From assembly GCF_000195855.1 (NCBI RefSeq), contig NC_002677.1, positions 900,001 through 932,000 of the forward strand: a stretch of DNA of 32,000 nucleotides. Reading direction: 5' to 3'. The translations under genes and the position numbers were made by a program. This DNA is from Mycobacterium leprae TN. Its GTDB lineage: Bacteria > Actinomycetota > Actinomycetes > Mycobacteriales > Mycobacteriaceae. This document shows positions 9,864-20,952 of the stretch, piece by piece. Every line of letters begins with the position of its first letter. Positions within the stretch are counted from its first letter, which is position 1. The notes beneath the pieces are model-generated. The model was not told the DNA's origin. It did not search any database and saw nothing but the letters and a program-made list of their open reading frames with translations.

Positions 9864-11430
9864 ATGAAGTCGGTCGAACAGTCAATTGCTGACACTGACG
9901 AATCCGGTACCCGGCTACGCAAGGATCTCACTTGGCGGGATCTAGGCAGTTTTCGGGGTATCGGTGGTTGTCGGCCCCGGTATCTTTACCGGTAACCGCA
10001 TCGACTGCCGGCGACATCACCGGTCCGGCTATCTGTGTCGCGTTTCTGATTGCGGCGGCTACTTGTGCGTTGGCGGTATTGTGTTATGCCCACCTGGCTT
10101 CGATGCCGCCGTTGGCGGGCAGCGGATATGCTTTTTCCTATGCTAACTTCGGTGAATTCATTGCCTCGCTCATCGGTTGGAATTTGCTGTTGGAAATGGT
10201 GATGGGCGCAGCTATGGTAGCTCAGCTATGGTAGCTAAAGTCTGGTCGAGCTACTTGGATACTGTGCTCGGATTCGTTGGTGGCATACTCGGACTCGGAA
10301 CAGTGCAGGTTGACTGGGGTGCGCTGCTGATCGTATCAGTGGTGGCCACTCTGTGCGCTTTGGGCAGCAAGTTGTCATCGAAGTTTTCCGCGGTAGTCAC
10401 CGGCATCAAGATGGCGGTGGTGATTTTGGTTATGGTGGTCGGTGCCTTCTATATCAAGGCCGCTAACTACTCGCCGTTCATTCCGAGCCCGGAAGCCGGA
10501 CACGACGCAAGTGGCGTTAATCAGTCGGTGTTTTCGCTGCTCACCGGTGCCCACAGCAGCAATTACGGCTGATACGGTGTAGTGGCGGGGACATCGATTG
10601 TGTTCTTCGCGTTTATCGGGTTCGACGTAGTAGCAACTGTGGCTGAGGAGGCCAGGTGTCCTCAGAGCGATGTTCCTAAGGGGATCCCAGCGTCGCTGGG
10701 GATCGTGACCCTGCTCTACGTCGCGGTGTCGGTCGTGCTATCCGGAATGGTTTCTTACACGCAGCTCAAGACCGTACCCGGCCATGGTCCGGCAAACCTG
10801 GGCCCGCATTCATGGCCAACGGGGTGCACTGGGTAAGCAAAGTCATTTCCATTGGGGCATTGGCTGGATTGACCACCGTGGTGATGGTGCTGATGCTCGG
10901 GCAGTGCCCGGATCTTGTTCGCCATGGCGCGGGACGGGCTATTGCCGCGGGGGTTGGCGAGGACCGGTTTTCGCGGCACCCTGGTCCAGACCACCTCGCT
11001 AGTTGCTGCGGTGGTGGGTGTTACTGCGGCGGTGTTGCTGATAGTCAAGCTCGAGGAGATGGTCAACGTTGGAACATTGTTTGCGTTCGTCCTGATGTCG
11101 TCTGGGGTGGTTATCCTGCGCCGAACACGGCCGGACCTGCAGTGGGGGTTCCGTGTGCCGTTGCTTCCGATCGCATTGATTTGTGCCTCAGTTTGGCTGA
11201 TGCTGAATTTGACCGCGTTGATCTGGATTCGGTGCGCTGTCTGGCTGTTAGCGGGAATCGCAATCTACGTCGGATACAGATATCAGCACTCGGTGCAAGG
11301 CCGTCGAAAGGTTCACCAGACCCACCATGTCAACCAGATCAAACGTGACCCCGATCTTGATACCGGCAACGCATTGGTGCATGGATTTCCGCATCGTCTA
11401 AGGGAGTACAAATCAACGCGTTATGTCTAG
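9864..11430 (+). pseudogene. Amino acid permease/APC transporter pseudogene (Rv3253c-like)
   Basis: MKSVEQSIADTDESGTRLRKDLTWRDL, VTASTAGDITGPAICVAFLIAAATCALAVLCYAHLASMPP, NYSPFIPSPEAG..GVNQSVFSLLTGAHSSNYG*YGVVAGTSIVFFAFIGFDVVATVAEEARCPQ and ARTGFRGTLVQTTSLVAAVVG occur in different frames, with an in-frame TGA and several frameshifts. Confidence 0.93.
10209..10236 (+). repeat. Perfect 14-bp tandem duplication (cagctatggtagct x2) inside the permease pseudogene
   Basis: Copies at 10209-10222 and 10223-10236; removing one restores GAAMVAKVWSSYLDT. Confidence 0.95.
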
Positions 11431-11499
11431 ATATTGAAGACGAAATCTGCTGTATTGCCTAGCTTTACCTACGGTGTTACTGACTATAGTGTGTTGGCA

Positions 11500-12770
11500 C
11501 ATGGCTGCAGAACTTAGACCTGACCTCACGGTGTGGCATTACAAGAAGCGCTACATTAAATGGATCATAAGACCGGATTATCCCGAAGATGCTGTTAGCG
11601 ATCCTGTCGATCATCTGGGGCATGAATCAGGTTTGCTGGCAGGATGCCTTAACGGCGTTGTTGTGAATCGGACCGTTCTTGGTCTGCGTCCTGCTGCTCG
11701 CTTTCGACCTGGAGTTTGGTCCGGACAGGCAGAACCCGGCCCGGCAAGGCATTAGAGGTATGATCAGATGTGGAGCGGCAGGAGCACATTAACAGTAAGG
11801 TAGTACTTCTAAATACTGCATGTGCACCTAGCCTCCCTTCCCAATATGCCAGCGTGATCGTTGGTGTCTACCTGTTCACGGCGTGGGGCCTGAATTGGCT
11901 GGGTTATCCGGGCTGGGCTGTGCTGACCGCCGAAAATCGGGCTGGTGCTGTCGACTGGTGTTCTCGGTGCAGTCAGCATGAACGCCGCGCACGAGATTGG
12001 GGCACAAGAAGGAAGCCCTAGAGCGGTGGCTGTCCCAAGCTGACCCCGTGCAAAGCTGCTACCGAGCGCTGCTACATCGAGCACAACCGTGTCCACCACG
12101 TCTGGGTGGCCACGTCCGAGGATCGGGCATCAGACCGCTTCAGCGAGATATTTTGGAAGATTCTGCCGCGCAGTGTTGTCCGGCGGCCTGCGCTCCGCAT
12201 TGCGGTTGGAGGATCGGCGGCTGTGGCGCCGGAGCAGAGCCCATAGAATCCAAAAACGTATCCACGCAACGACGTGCCCAACGTCTGGCTGATAGCGGTG
12301 GTGTTGTGGGGTGGGCTGATCACGGTGTTCGGCCCGGCGTTGATCCCGTTGGCGGTTATTCAGGCGTTTTACGCCTGGACCCCATGTTTGAGACGGTGAA
12401 CTATCTCGAGCGTTACAGACTGCTGCGGCAAAATACCGCGGCCGGCCGCTACGCGCGCTGCCCCTGAGCATCGGCTGGCTAATTCGACCATCTGGTTACC
12501 AACCTGTTCCTTTAACACCTGCAGCAGCACAGCGACCACCACGCCAATCCGGCTCGCCGCTATCAGATGCTGCGTAGCTTCGACGGCTCGTCCAACCTGC
12601 CGAGTGGGTACGTGTCGATGATGAGGCTGATGTATTTCCCGTCGCTGTGACGCAAGGCGATGAAGCTCGGGTGCTGGCGCACTAAATGCCCTCACCTCCC
12701 GAGCTTCATCGCCTAGGCTAACTTGCAGACCCGACTGAGGGAGAAGCTGCTGGCCAACTGTGGCGCTACA
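11500..12770 (+). pseudogene. alkB: Alkane 1-monooxygenase pseudogene
   Basis: Fragments VIVGVYLFTAWGLNWLGYPGWAVLTAENRAG, the His-motif remnant HEIGAQEGSP/GHKKEALERWLS, IEHNRVHHVWVATSEDRASDRFSEIFWKILPRSV, FETVNYLERYRLLRQNTAAGRYARC and LQQHSDHHANPARRYQMLRSFDGSSNLPSGYVSM in shifting frames. Confidence 0.92.
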
Positions 12771-12772
12771 CA

Positions 12773-12942
12773 ATGACGGCTGCCTAGCAGTGCTCGGTCT
12801 GCGACTACGTTTACGACGAGTCACAGGGCTGGCCGGACGATAGCACCGAGCCCGTTATCCGCTGGGATGACCTCCCCGAGGACTGGAGCTGCCCGTGGTC
12901 AAGACGGGCTTTGATATGGAAGAAGAGGTTACGCATCTGTGA
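12773..12942 (+). pseudogene. Rubredoxin pseudogene
   Basis: [40 protein letters not shown], then a frame change into [13 protein letters not shown]. In-frame TAG at 12785-12787; the second CPxCG knuckle is destroyed. Confidence 0.85.
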
Positions 12943-13445
12943 GCGCCCAAAACGATATCCTCCGATATCCTCGCGCCGGTGAAGCGGATTCCTTGATGCC
13001 GAAGCGGCGCGCGTCTTGTCGCGTGATTCGGTATTGGATGCAATAGTGAGATCTGCTGTTGACCCGAGGCTGGTCGGCTATCACTTTGTTGAACGTCGTC
13101 CGTGTCGCTAGTATCAGCCAGCAGACTATTTACAACTAGTTCGGTTCACGGTAAAGTTTAACGCAGGGCTATAGGCTGTGTCTAGCTAATCGCCTGGTCG
13201 ACAACGTCCATGCCGTCCTGGATCTCAAACGTTGGCAGTATATACGAATCGTTCCTGCAGGGTTTTCGGTCGTTTTCTCCGAGTTGGCGGCGGACCCATT
13301 AGTGATTTCGTTGCTGACCGGTGTCGCTAACCCTGGTTTGTGGCAGCTCAATCACTACCTGACAGCGAGCTTGTCATCACTCGCGCATTGGCTCGGTTGG
13401 CGACGGCGTTCACTCCGACCTAGGTTGCCAGTAGCGATGAAGACA
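12939..13445 (+). pseudogene. Degraded locus at the position of the TetR-type regulator Rv3249c
   Basis: GTGA overlap with the rubredoxin remnant stop, SAQNDIL..-like opening, and no long ORF. Assigned mainly by synteny. Confidence 0.35.
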
Positions 13446-13622
13446 CTGGCATCCTGACGCGTTTGATGACGCCGTTCACTTTAGCGTCATGGAATCGTCA
13501 ACGTGCCTTGACCTTGACCTGTGAGGATCCAGGGCCTCAGAAAGGTAAGACGACTACAGTGACTGTAAAATAGTTTATTTGCCCTTGTGAGTCTCTGAGC
13601 TCTAGAAGGATCGAGGCACGTT

Positions 13623-15101
13623 ATGACGACGACCGAAAATTCGCTGATGCCTGATGTTCGTAACGGCATCGACTTCAAGGTTGCTGACCTGTCGCTAGCG
13701 AATTTCGGCCGCAAAGAACTCGACCTCGCCGAGTACGAGATGCCTGGCCTGATGTCACTGCGTCATGAGTACGCCGAAGTGCAGCCCTTGAAAGGGGCCC
13801 GTATTTCCGGCTCGCTGCACATGACGGTGCAGACCGCGGTGCTGATCGAGACGTTAACTGCACTTGGCGCCGAGGTTCGCTGGGCATCGTGCAATATCTT
13901 CTCGACTCAGGACCATGCGGCAGCGGCAGTTGTCGTTGGCCCATACGGCACGCCCGAGGAGCCCAAGGGTGTACCGGTGTTCGCCTGGAAGGGCGAGACG
14001 CTCGAGGAGTATTGGTGGGCTGCCGAGCAGATGCTCACCTGGCCAGATCCCGATAAGCCGGTCAACATGATCCTGGATGACGGCGGGGATGCCACCATGC
14101 TGGTGCTGCGAGGCGTGCAGTACGAGAAAGCCGGCGTAGTGCCGCCTGCCGAGGTCGACGACTCCGCCGAGTGGAAAGTTTTTCTGAACCTGCTGCGGAA
14201 GCGCTTCGAGACTGACAAAGGCAAATGGACCAAGATCGCCAAGTCGGTCAAGGGTGTCACCGAGGAGACGACCACGGGCGTGCTGCGACTGTACCAATTC
14301 GCCGCGGCCGGGGATCTGGCCTTCCCCGCGATCAATGTCAACGACTCGGTGACCAAGTCCAAGTTCGACAACAAGTACGGCACTCGACACTCCCTGATCG
14401 ACGGCATCAACCGTGGTACCGACTCCCTAATTGGGGGCAAGAACGTGCTCATTTGTGGCTACGGGGATGTAGGTAAGGGGTGCGCGGAGGCGGCGAAGGG
14501 TCAGGGTGCGCGGGTCACTATCACCGAGATCGACCCGATTAACGCGCTGCAGGCGCTGATGGAGGGCTTCGACGTCAAGCGGGTCGAGGACGTCATCGCT
14601 GATTCAGACATCGTCGTCACCGCGACCGGCAACAAGGACATCATTCTACTTGAGCACATGAAGGCAATGAAGGATCACGCCATCCTGGGCAACATTGGCC
14701 ATTTTGACAACGAAATCGACATGGCGGCGCTGGAACGTTCCGGGGCGACGCGGCTCAACATCAAACCGCAGGTTGATCTGTGGACTTTCGGCGACAGCGG
14801 TAAGTCGATCATTGTGCTTTCCGAAGGCCGGCTGCTGAACCTGGGCAACGCCACCGGTCATCCGTCGTTTGTGATGAGTAATAGTTTCGCTAACCAGACT
14901 ATCGCCCAGATCGAGCTGTGGACCAAAAACGACGACTATGACAATGAGGTGTATAGGCTCCCCAAGCACCTCGACGAAAAAGTGGCCCGCGTCCACGTCG
15001 AGGCCCTGGGCGGCCAGCTGACCAAGCTGACCAAGGACCAGGCCGAATACCTCGGTGTCGACGTCGACGGCCCGTTCAAGCCGGACCACTATCGCTACTG
15101 A
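13623..15101 (+). CDS. sahH: S-adenosyl-L-homocysteine hydrolase
   Basis: 492-aa ORF with [46 protein letters not shown] and [17 protein letters not shown]-type C-terminus ending DHYRY. Confidence 0.97.
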   Translation: MTTTENSLMPDVRNGIDFKVADLSLANFGRKELDLAEYEMPGLMSLRHEYAEVQPLKGARISGSLHMTVQTAVLIETLTALGAEVRWASCNIFSTQDHAAAAVVVGPYGTPEEPKGVPVFAWKGETLEEYWWAAEQMLTWPDPDKPVNMILDDGGDATMLVLRGVQYEKAGVVPPAEVDDSAEWKVFLNLLRKRFETDKGKWTKIAKSVKGVTEETTTGVLRLYQFAAAGDLAFPAINVNDSVTKSKFDNKYGTRHSLIDGINRGTDSLIGGKNVLICGYGDVGKGCAEAAKGQGARVTITEIDPINALQALMEGFDVKRVEDVIADSDIVVTATGNKDIILLEHMKAMKDHAILGNIGHFDNEIDMAALERSGATRLNIKPQVDLWTFGDSGKSIIVLSEGRLLNLGNATGHPSFVMSNSFANQTIAQIELWTKNDDYDNEVYRLPKHLDEKVARVHVEALGGQLTKLTKDQAEYLGVDVDGPFKPDHYRY

Positions 15102-15131
15102 TTCCGCTGAGCGTTCGTCAGTTGGGCCCGA

Positions 15132-15137
15132 TAGGCT
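15132..15137 (+). promoter_or_regulatory. Candidate -10 element (TAGGCT) for tmk
   Basis: taggct lies 6 nt upstream of the GTG start of tmk and fits the mycobacterial TAnnnT -10 consensus. Confidence 0.4.
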
Positions 15138-15143
15138 CGCGCC

Positions 15144-15776
15144 GTGTTGATCGCGATTGAAGGTGTTGACGGCGCTGGCAAGCGCACTTTGTCCGAGGAG
15201 TTACGCCAGGCGTTTGAGGCCACTGGGAAGTCGGTAGCAACGTTGGCTTTCCCGCGTTACCGGCAATCAGTAGCCGCCGACATAGCTGCAGAGGCGCTGC
15301 ACGGCCAGCACGGTGATCTCGCGTCGTCAGTGTATGCGATGGCCCTGCTGTTCGCGTTCGACCGCGCCGGGGCGGTCGAGGACATCGAAGCGTTGGATCG
15401 CAACCATGACATAGTGATTCTTGATCGCTACGTCGCGTCCAATGCCGCCTACAGCGCCGCGCGTTTGCATGAGGACTGCAGCGGGAGAGCGGTGGCCTGG
15501 GTACAGCGAATCGAATACCAGAGATTGCGGCTGCCCTCTCCCGATTGGCAAGTGTTGCTCGCGGTCTCTGTCGAGCTTGCTGGGAAGCGTTCCCGCTACC
15601 GGGCCCGCACTGATCCCGACCGGCTGCGTGACAGCTACGAACGCGACGACGGCCTTCAGCAGCGCACTGGCGCGGTATACGCTGGCCTGGCTGCCGCAGA
15701 TTGGGGCGGGCGGTGGCTAGTCGTCGATGCGGATATCGATTCGGGCTGGTTGGTAGCAACTTTGATGGGCTGTTAG
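15144..15776 (+). CDS. tmk: Thymidylate kinase
   Basis: 210-aa ORF with P-loop IEGVDGAGKRTL, VILDRYVASNAAYSAARL and W.QRIE; GTG start. Confidence 0.95.
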   Translation: MLIAIEGVDGAGKRTLSEELRQAFEATGKSVATLAFPRYRQSVAADIAAEALHGQHGDLASSVYAMALLFAFDRAGAVEDIEALDRNHDIVILDRYVASNAAYSAARLHEDCSGRAVAWVQRIEYQRLRLPSPDWQVLLAVSVELAGKRSRYRARTDPDRLRDSYERDDGLQQRTGAVYAGLAAADWGGRWLVVDADIDSGWLVATLMGC

Positions 15777-15868
15777 ACTGTGTTCCGGCAGGATTTCACG
15801 GTAATTGAGCTTATCATTGTGTGAAACGCCCGTGTGGCGCCCTAGGTTTGTCCCGATCTGGTGACACC

Positions 15869-16555
15869 ATGGACATCATGAGGCAAAGGATTTTGGTCGT
15901 CGATGACGACGCTTCGCTGGCTGAGATGCTCACTATAGTGCTGCGTGGGGAGGGCTTCGATACCGCGGTCATCGGTGACGGTACTCAGGCCTTGACCGCG
16001 GTCCGCGAGCTACGTCCCGACTTGGTGCTACTGGACCTTATGTTGCCTGGTATGAATGGCATCGACGTGTGCAGGGTGTTGCGCGCCGACTCCGGCGTTC
16101 CGATTGTGATGCTGACCGCCAAGACCGACACTGTGGACGTGGTGCTGGGCTTAGAGTCGGGTGCTGATGACTACATCATGAAGCCGTTCAAGCCCAAGGA
16201 ACTGGTTGCTCGGGTACGGGCGCGGCTACGGCGCAACGACGACGAGCCAGCCGAGATGCTGTCCATTGCCGACGTCGACATTGACGTGCCGGCACATAAG
16301 GTCACCCGAAACGGTGAACACATCTCATTGACACCGTTGGAATTCGACCTGCTGGTAGCGCTTGCACGCAAGCCACGCCAGGTTTTTACTCGTGATGTGC
16401 TGCTCGAACAGGTGTGGGGCTATCGTCACCCAGCGGATACCCGCTTGGTTAACGTGCATGTCCAGCGGCTACGGGCCAAGGTCGAGAAAGACCCGGAGAA
16501 CCCGACCGTGGTGTTGACCGTTCGAGGAGTGGGATACAAGGCCGGACCCCCGTGA
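15869..16555 (+). CDS. mtrA: MtrA, OmpR-family response regulator
   Basis: MDIMRQRILVVDDDASLAEMLTIVLRGEGFDTAVIGDG..VLLDLMLPGMNGIDVC..K..LTVRGVGYKAGPP. The ATG at 15869 gives the expected 228-aa protein; the ORF track start at 15821 is upstream. Confidence 0.97.
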   Translation: MDIMRQRILVVDDDASLAEMLTIVLRGEGFDTAVIGDGTQALTAVRELRPDLVLLDLMLPGMNGIDVCRVLRADSGVPIVMLTAKTDTVDVVLGLESGADDYIMKPFKPKELVARVRARLRRNDDEPAEMLSIADVDIDVPAHKVTRNGEHISLTPLEFDLLVALARKPRQVFTRDVLLEQVWGYRHPADTRLVNVHVQRLRAKVEKDPENPTVVLTVRGVGYKAGPP

Positions 16556-16682
16556 CGTGCTGGCGGCGATTCGGAGCGAAGAGATACGGTAGGGTCTCTA
16601 CTCGCTCGCGTTGCGATGCGGACATCGGGGCACGCTCCCACCAATGTGAGGTATACCCACCCGCGTGTGGGGGACGCCGTCT

Positions 16683-18371
16683 GTGATCTTTAGTTCGCGG
16701 CGACGGATCCGGGGTCGCTGGGGGCGTTCGGGCCCCATGATGCGTGGCATGGGCGCGTTGACTCGAGTCGTGGGTGTTGTCTGGCGCCGGTCGCTGCAAC
16801 TGCGAGTTGTAGCACTAACATTTGGTCTTTCGTTGGCCGTGATTTTGGCGCTTGGCTTCGTGCTCACCAGTCAGCTCACCAGCCGTGTCCTCGACGTCAA
16901 AGTCAGGGTAGCCATCGAGCAGATCGAGCGGGCACGCACCACCGTCACAGGGATCGTCAACGGTGAGGAGACCCGTTCGCTGGACAGCAGTCTGCAGCTG
17001 GCCCGCAACACGTTGACATCGAAAACTGACCCAACTTCTGGTGCTGGCCTCGTCGGTGCCTTCGATGCAGTGCTGATAGTGCCCGGTGATGGCCCGCGCA
17101 CCGCGACCACGGCCGGACCCGTCGATCAGGTGCCTAATTCGTTGCGTGGCTTTATCAAAGCCGGGCAGGCGGCTTACCAGTACGCAACTGTACATACTGA
17201 AGGCTTCTCGGGGCCAGCGCTGATCATCGGCACGCCGACGTCGTCGCAGGTGACCAATCTCGAGCTTTATCTGATCTTTCCGCTGAAGAACGAACAGGCG
17301 ACCGTCACGCTGGTGCGTGGCACGATGGCCACCGGTGGCATGGTGCTGCTGGTATTGCTGTCGGGTATTGCGTTGCTGGTATCGCGCCAGGTAGTGGTAC
17401 CGGTGCGATCCGCGTCGCGGATCGCCGAACGGTTCGCCGAGGGGCACCTGTCGGAACGGATGCCGGTGCGTGGCGAGGACGACATGGCCCGGTTGGCGGT
17501 GTCGTTCAACGACATGGCGGAGAGCTTGTCTCGGCAGATCACCCAGCTCGAGGAATTCGGTAACCTACAACGCCGTTTTACGTCCGACGTCAGCCACGAA
17601 CTCCGCACGCCGCTGACCACCGTGCGGATGGCCGCCGACTTGATCTACGACCACAGCTCCGATCTCGATCCTACGTTGCGGCGGTCCACCGAACTGATGG
17701 TCAGCGAACTCGATCGATTCGAGACACTGCTCAACGACCTGCTCGAGATCTCGCGGCACGACGCCGGCGTGGCCGAACTCTCTGTCGAGGCGGTTGATTT
17801 GCGCGTGATGGTGAATAACGCGCTGGGCAATGTCGGCCACTTGGCCGAGGAGGCCGGTATTGAACTGCTGGTGGACATGCCTGTCGACGAGGTGATTGCC
17901 GAGGTTGATGCCCGCCGAGTCGAGCGGATCTTGCGCAACCTTATCGCCAACGCTATCGACCACTCCGAGCATAAACCGGTGAGGATTCGTATGGCCGCCG
18001 ACGAAGATACTGTCGCTGTCACTGTGCGTGACTACGGGATCGGACTGCGGCCCGGCGAAGAGAAGTTGGTGTTCAGTCGGTTTTGGCGTTCGGACCCGTC
18101 ACGGGTGCGGCGCTCCGGCGGTACCGGCCTGGGACTGGCGATCAGCATCGAGGATGCGCGGCTGCACCAGGGTCGACTCGAAGCATGGGGCGAGCCTGGC
18201 CAGGGCGCCTGCTTCAGACTGACGCTTCCGTTGGTTCGCGGCCACAAGGTCACCACAAGTCCGCTGCCCATGAAACCGATTCTGCAACCAAGTCCGCAGG
18301 CCAGCACAGCTGGCCAACAACACGGCACCCAACGCCAACGCCTGCGAGAGCACGCTGAGAGGAGCCGGTGA
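16683..18371 (+). CDS. mtrB: MtrB, sensor histidine kinase
   Basis: HAMP region, H-box [23 protein letters not shown]-box [10 protein letters not shown]-box [12 protein letters not shown] at 16683 gives [17 protein letters not shown], matching the expected N-terminus. Confidence 0.96.
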   Translation: MIFSSRRRIRGRWGRSGPMMRGMGALTRVVGVVWRRSLQLRVVALTFGLSLAVILALGFVLTSQLTSRVLDVKVRVAIEQIERARTTVTGIVNGEETRSLDSSLQLARNTLTSKTDPTSGAGLVGAFDAVLIVPGDGPRTATTAGPVDQVPNSLRGFIKAGQAAYQYATVHTEGFSGPALIIGTPTSSQVTNLELYLIFPLKNEQATVTLVRGTMATGGMVLLVLLSGIALLVSRQVVVPVRSASRIAERFAEGHLSERMPVRGEDDMARLAVSFNDMAESLSRQITQLEEFGNLQRRFTSDVSHELRTPLTTVRMAADLIYDHSSDLDPTLRRSTELMVSELDRFETLLNDLLEISRHDAGVAELSVEAVDLRVMVNNALGNVGHLAEEAGIELLVDMPVDEVIAEVDARRVERILRNLIANAIDHSEHKPVRIRMAADEDTVAVTVRDYGIGLRPGEEKLVFSRFWRSDPSRVRRSGGTGLGLAISIEDARLHQGRLEAWGEPGQGACFRLTLPLVRGHKVTTSPLPMKPILQPSPQASTAGQQHGTQRQRLREHAERSR

Positions 18372-20137
18372 TGCGGGGCGTTCTAGTGATCATGCGGCTG
18401 TTGTGTCTGGGCATGTTGTTCACTGGCTGTGCCGGGGTACCCAACTCGTCGGCTCCACAGGCGATTGGCACCGTAGAGCGACCGGTGCCGTCAAATCTGC
18501 CCAAGCCGACCCCCGGTATGGATCCTGATGTGCTGTTGCGTGAATTCTTCAAGGCCACAGCCGATCCAGCCAATCGGCATCTGGCGGCGCGTCAGTTCCT
18601 CACCCAGTCGGCATCCAACGCTTGGGACGACGCCGGTCGCGCACTACTGATCGACCATGTGGTGTTCGTTGAAACCCGTGGTGCCGAACGTGTTTCGGCG
18701 ACAATGCGGGCAGATATCCTGGGTTCGTTGTCGGATATGGGTGTGTTCGAGACTGCAGAGGGTGTGCTGCCAGACCCGGGTCCGGTCGAATTGATCAAGA
18801 CATCAGGTGGTTGGCGAATTGACCGCCTGCCCAACGGGGTTTTCTTGGACTGGCAGCAGTTTCAGGCAACTTACAAACGTAACACGCTCTACTTTGCCGA
18901 TCCGACTGGCAAGACCGTGGTTCCCGATCCCCGTTACGTCGCGGTTCTCGGTCATGATCAGTTGGCCACCGAGCTTGTTTCCAAATTGCTGGCTGGTCCA
19001 CGGCCCGAGATGGCCCACGCTGTCCGCAATCTGCTGGCTCCACCGCTGCGGCTGCGTGGTCCGGTGACACGGGCCGACGGTAGCAAGAGTGGGATTGGGC
19101 GAGGTTACGGCGGTGCGCGGATAGATCTGGAGAAACTATCCACCACCGATCCGCACAGCAGGCAATTGCTTGCCGCACAGATCATTTGGACCCTGGCCAG
19201 GGCGGATATTAGAGGGCCCTATGTGATAAATGCTGATGGTGCGCCGCTGGACGACAGGTTCGCCGACGGGTGGACTACCTCCGACGTTGCTGCCACCGAC
19301 CCGGGCGTGGCCGACGGCGCGGGCGCGGGGTTGCATGCGTTGGTGGGTGGGGCACTGGTATCGTTGATCGGACAAAATACTACCACAGTGCTTGGAGCCT
19401 TCGGGCGGATGGGTTACCAGACCGGCGCTGCACTATCCCGCAGTGGGAGGCAGGTGGCATCGGTGGTGACTCTGCGCCGCGGCGCTCCAGATATGGCGGC
19501 GTCGCTGTGGATCGGTGATCTTGGTGGTGAGGCGGTCCAGTCTGCCGACGGACACAGCTTGTCGCGGCCCAGCTGGTCGCTAGACGACGCGGTTTGGGTG
19601 GTGGTCGACACTAATAATGTGTTGCGGGCCATCCCGGAACCGGCATCGGGGCAACCCGCGCGTATTCCAGTGGATTCCGCCGCGGTGGCCAGCCGGTTCC
19701 CGGGGCCGATTACCGACCTGCAGCTGTCCCGGGATGGGACGCGTGCCGCGATGGTGATCGGTGGACAGGTTATTCTCGCCGGAGTCGAGCAGACCCAGGC
19801 CGGACAATTTGCCTTGACATATCCGCGTCGACTGGGCTTCGGCTTGGGCAGCTCGGTAGTGTCGTTGTCCTGGCGAACTGGCGACGACATCGTAGTGACC
19901 CGCACCGATGCCACGCATCCGGTATCGTACGTGAACCTCGACGGGGTCAATTCTGATGCGCCGGCCCGCGGTTTGCAGGTTCCGTTGTCGGTGATTGCCG
20001 CCAACCCGTCGACGGTGTATGTAGCGGGTCCGCAAGGGGTGTTGCAGTATTCGGCGTCCGTTGCTGAAAGCCAGCAGGGCTGGTCGGAGGTCGCGGGGTT
20101 GACTGTTATGGGGGCGGAGCCGGTGTTGCCGGGCTGA
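18368..20137 (+). CDS. lpqB: LpqB, lipoprotein associated with the MtrAB system
   Basis: 589-aa ORF with signal peptide and lipobox (CLGMLFTGC), then [26 protein letters not shown]. 4-bp GTGA overlap with mtrB. Confidence 0.95.
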   Translation: MMRGVLVIMRLLCLGMLFTGCAGVPNSSAPQAIGTVERPVPSNLPKPTPGMDPDVLLREFFKATADPANRHLAARQFLTQSASNAWDDAGRALLIDHVVFVETRGAERVSATMRADILGSLSDMGVFETAEGVLPDPGPVELIKTSGGWRIDRLPNGVFLDWQQFQATYKRNTLYFADPTGKTVVPDPRYVAVLGHDQLATELVSKLLAGPRPEMAHAVRNLLAPPLRLRGPVTRADGSKSGIGRGYGGARIDLEKLSTTDPHSRQLLAAQIIWTLARADIRGPYVINADGAPLDDRFADGWTTSDVAATDPGVADGAGAGLHALVGGALVSLIGQNTTTVLGAFGRMGYQTGAALSRSGRQVASVVTLRRGAPDMAASLWIGDLGGEAVQSADGHSLSRPSWSLDDAVWVVVDTNNVLRAIPEPASGQPARIPVDSAAVASRFPGPITDLQLSRDGTRAAMVIGGQVILAGVEQTQAGQFALTYPRRLGFGLGSSVVSLSWRTGDDIVVTRTDATHPVSYVNLDGVNSDAPARGLQVPLSVIAANPSTVYVAGPQGVLQYSASVAESQQGWSEVAGLTVMGAEPVLPG

Positions 20138-20229
20138 GTGGTTTGATGGCTTCGGCATCACCGGGTTCGGTTGCTGAACCTCGGCGCGGTCGAAGTCACC
20201 TTTTCACCGTTGATCGGCGCACTGCGGAT

Positions 20230-20604
20230 ATGCTTGATCTCGCCCTGCCGCTGGAATGTGGCTGGCTGCGGTGTGTTCGCCACGCGATGGAGTGACGCCT
20301 GCACCGCAGAGCTGTCAGTGGCTGCTGGCGAACCGCGTGTGGTGAGTCTCTGTGTCGACCCGCTGGTGCCGGTGGTCGTGCTCGGTCGTTACGTTGGTGC
20401 CCGTCGCCAGGCGATCCTTGCGATGAAGGAGCATGGCCGCCGCAACTTGGTTGCACTACCGACCCGACAGTGCGTGAGTCGGCTCGGATCTTGCACGCTG
20501 CCGGGACGTGGGTGACCAAGGTGCTGGCGATCGCGGTCGCGCTTGATGGAACCCCGGTGAAAGTAATGAATGCGGCCAGCTTGATTCCGGTGAATCATGC
20601 TTGA
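20230..20604 (+). pseudogene. ComF-like phosphoribosyltransferase pseudogene (Rv3242c-like) with internal deletion
   Basis: MLDLALPLECGWLRCVRHAME*, then AELSVAAGEPRVVS and LGRYVGARRQAILAMKEHGRRNLVALP, jumping to TVRESARILHAAGTWVTKVLAIAVA. The PRPP-binding segment is missing. Confidence 0.85.
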
Positions 20605-20952
20605 ATTCGATGGGAAGACGTTAAGAACTCGCAACAGCTCGCCAAATTGGTGGCATGGCAAGGCGAACACGAGCTAACGTCGAGGGCAACTTTCTCGAAA
20701 CTTATTGGGGATTCTCCGTAGCGATTTTCCTAGCGGCGCTACTTGCGACAGGAGGTGAGAAAATCGACATCTTGCACCGGCGGGCAGCTTGCGCAGTTGA
20801 TTTTTCGCAGAATCGCTCCCACCCCGTCGGCGTGGTTTTGTACAGCTAGTGGCGATCGCAAGCTCGGCGAAGTCGAGCGCAGCGGGCTGCCACTCATCAA
20901 AGCTAGGCGCGCAGGGCGCGTGTGACGTGAAAAGAGAAACGAGTTGTCACGT

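Noticed and set aside
11997-12467. 156-aa plus-strand ORF as an intact protein
   Set aside because: Its start (GHKKEALERWLSQ) and end (FETVNYLERYRLLRQ) are alkB pieces; the middle is out-of-frame sequence bridging lesions.
15118-15759. 213-aa minus-strand ORF opposite tmk
   Set aside because: Fully overlaps the well-supported tmk in antisense; low-complexity Arg/Pro composition.
16815-17447. 210-aa minus-strand ORF opposite mtrB
   Set aside because: Antisense shadow of the conserved histidine kinase gene, with no family features.
19580-20161. Minus-strand ORFs (196 and 193 aa) opposite lpqB
   Set aside because: Antisense to a conserved gene; typical GC-rich shadow ORFs.
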